Shown in pieces: positions 62,084 to 64,000 of a stretch of 64,000 nucleotides of DNA. Where the stretch lies: IMG/VR virus record IMGVR_UViG_3300032675_000001, positions 62,001-126,000 of that record; one strand, given 5' to 3'. Made by a program: the position numbers and the translations under genes. The notes below the pieces were generated by a model. That model ran no database searches. It was not told where the DNA came from and saw nothing but the letters and a program-made list of their open reading frames with translations. Numbering within the stretch: position 1 is the stretch's first letter; each line of letters begins with the position of its first letter.

Positions 62084-64000
62084 TTAGGTTACATCCACTT
62101 CCAAGAACTTGGCTGGAATAGTCTGACTGATTTGCAACGGATCGCCCAATGTAGAGTTGTAAACATATGAATTCCAAGTCTGGTTATAGTAGGCACTTGG
62201 AAGTTCATTATTAGATGTCAAACTGAAGGCTTCTGTATATTGCGGAATATAGAGTTGTGCGCCAGTTCCATTTGCTCCACGCTGCAAGCCACCCAAAGTA
62301 TTATTAGTCAAGTTCACAATATTGAACTTGATTTGTTCACCATTTACGTAAATGGTATTACCTACCAGTGTATTAATGGTTAACGAATCACCAACAGTAA
62401 TGTAACTTCCGACATTAATTTCTAATACAGGAGCTAGATCAACTATTACTACTTGATACGATGATGTAGGAATATATTGGTTAGTTCTATTATTGTAAAC
62501 AGTAATTCCCGTAATCAGCGTCTTATCAACATTGTTTAACCCAATGCTATATACATTGTCGCCAAACTCATTGAGTGCAGCTTCTGGTGTCACAGAAGTT
62601 TGTATTACATTGTTAGTCACAGATGTTACATCCTGAACGTAGATCAAGTCGCTTTCAAGTGACAGTGGCTGTGTTAGCCAAGTTCTTGTTCCAGTGTTTG
62701 CTCTGTATACCGTAGCTTCTCCTGTCTGATTTACAAAGTTCATGTAAATTTCTTCTGACGGAGTTGCTGTTGGAATCATGTTAGTAATGATAACAGTATC
62801 ACCAGACGAGATAGGAGCAAGTATGCTCAATTCATTTGACGAGTTCATACGTAGGCATGAAGATGGAACACGATAACCATTAATGGTTACCCACAAACGA
62901 TCAACATTAGTCTGCTCCCATTGAGTTACATTTACAGTTCCACTTGCATTACTTAAAGCAACAACACTACCATATTGTGAAGAAGCCACATTAAATGTAG
63001 TTGGACTTAGGATTTCGTTAACATAATATGTTGTTCCCTGAATCAATCCTCCGAGAATGTTAGTGCCATCCAATGATCCAAGTTTACTGAATAATACCGG
63101 AGTATTGACATCCAACATAGCAGTGCTTGATACCGTTATGGCATTGTTGATTGATGCAGTTGCTGAGGCAGTAGTATCTACCAAATAATAGGAACCCTGA
63201 ATCCAAGTATATCCGCCGCCCGTGTATGCAGAAATAGCGGTTACTGGATAATTAACAGCATTAAGAGAAGAACTATATGCTTGAGTATATAAATCAAACT
63301 GTGTTGAAGATATTACTCTTACATAATAGTAGTTTCCATTAAGTTGTGTTGAACCCGCTGTTCCATCTATTCTGACTATTTCACCGGTTGTGAAACCATT
63401 GGTTCCGTTAGTGGTTACACGAACTGCTGGCTGTCCTCCTACTGTTACCAACATATTACCGCTGGCAGTCGTCAAAGATAGTGCTGATCCGCCTTGAGTG
63501 GCAGAAATCGTAAACGTGGTTGAGTTTACGATGCTTTTGACAAAATATACGGTTCCGCTAGTTGAAATTCCACCAAACCCAGTTCCTTCAAAGAATACAG
63601 TCTGATTGACCACAAAACCAGAAGTACTTGCAACGGTAATGTAGTTAGTACCAGAAGCAGTTGCTGTAGCGGTTGTGTTGGCAAGCGGTGCAGTAATATT
63701 ATTTGAAATAGTACTAATAGCATACACAGAATTAGAACCACTTGCCGTTATGGTTTGTGTATTCAAATATTGTTGTGTAGTATCGTTGTACGTTGTAACA
63801 GCAATAGGAGCATTCAATGCTGGTGCGGAATTGAACGTTATCGTGTTATTGGCTGGCGCGATTGTATACGTAGATGGTTTTTGACGCAATCCACTTACTT
63901 CTACCACTGCGCTGGCTGGATTTACAAGACCTTGGACATTATTTGAGAGATCAAATACTGTTTGTGAACCTGTTCCCGTAAACCATTGTGTTTCAGGAAT
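62084..64000 (-). CDS. C-terminal part of a large virion structural protein (5' end outside window)
   Basis: The frame appears to continue upstream of the track's 63907 start. T/S/N-rich with repeated YYV...S.TTF units and GEQI...L.RG..GT. Confidence 0.8.
   Translation of the reverse strand: MPETQWFTGTGSQTVFDLSNNVQGLVNPASAVVEVSGLRQKPSTYTIAPANNTITFNSAPALNAPIAVTTYNDTTQQYLNTQTITASGSNSVYAISTISNNITAPLANTTATATASGTNYITVASTSGFVVNQTVFFEGTGFGGISTSGTVYFVKSIVNSTTFTISATQGGSALSLTTASGNMLVTVGGQPAVRVTTNGTNGFTTGEIVRIDGTAGSTQLNGNYYYVRVISSTQFDLYTQAYSSSLNAVNYPVTAISAYTGGGYTWIQGSYYLVDTTASATASINNAITVSSTAMLDVNTPVLFSKLGSLDGTNILGGLIQGTTYYVNEILSPTTFNVASSQYGSVVALSNASGTVNVTQWEQTNVDRLWVTINGYRVPSSCLRMNSSNELSILAPISSGDTVIITNMIPTATPSEEIYMNFVNQTGEATVYRANTGTRTWLTQPLSLESDLIYVQDVTSVTNNVIQTSVTPEAALNEFGDNVYSIGLNNVDKTLITGITVYNNRTNQYIPTSSYQVVIVDLAPVLEINVGSYITVGDSLTINTLVGNTIYVNGEQIKFNIVNLTNNTLGGLQRGANGTGAQLYIPQYTEAFSLTSNNELPSAYYNQTWNSYVYNSTLGDPLQISQTIPAKFLEVDVT

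Overview
This is a 64-kb segment of a large, AT-rich, T4-related (jumbo-type) tailed phage genome, almost all on the minus strand. The host is probably a Gram-negative alphaproteobacterium: there is a two-component spanin, a circularly permuted two-piece tmRNA with tag ANDNSTMDIALAA, and sigma70-type promoters. T4-like late promoters (TATAAATA/ATAAATA) recur throughout. Contents from left to right: (1) putative head proteins, an Ntn-hydrolase and spanins; (2) a sugar epimerase/DegT pair, a GIY-YIG endonuclease, thyA and dfr; (3) a GC-richer MoxR AAA+/VWA-metallopeptidase pair; (4) a polyvalent nucleotidyltransferase-ART protein, a YafQ/RelE-like protein, a ferritin-like protein and tmRNA; (5) an ABC-ATPase-GNAT gene and a heavily parasitised DNA methyltransferase gene; (6) a ~32-kb glycan/modification island with a 1645-aa repeat protein, a carbamoyltransferase, six radical SAM enzymes, nucleotide-sugar enzymes and about eight glycosyltransferase-like genes, interrupted by an array of short genes ending in F-x-L-R-W-S; (7) tail fibre/baseplate genes. 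Most unusual: an intein carrying an HNH nuclease overprinted in the +1 frame with its own promoter and RBS; a candidate ribosomal stop-hop (ACG-TAG-GCG) in the split methyltransferase; a covarying ~65-nt structured leader in front of three nuclease genes from two families; and the LRWS gene array, whose conserved C-terminus also encodes the next gene's RBS. All calls come from reading motifs by eye; no database searches were run.
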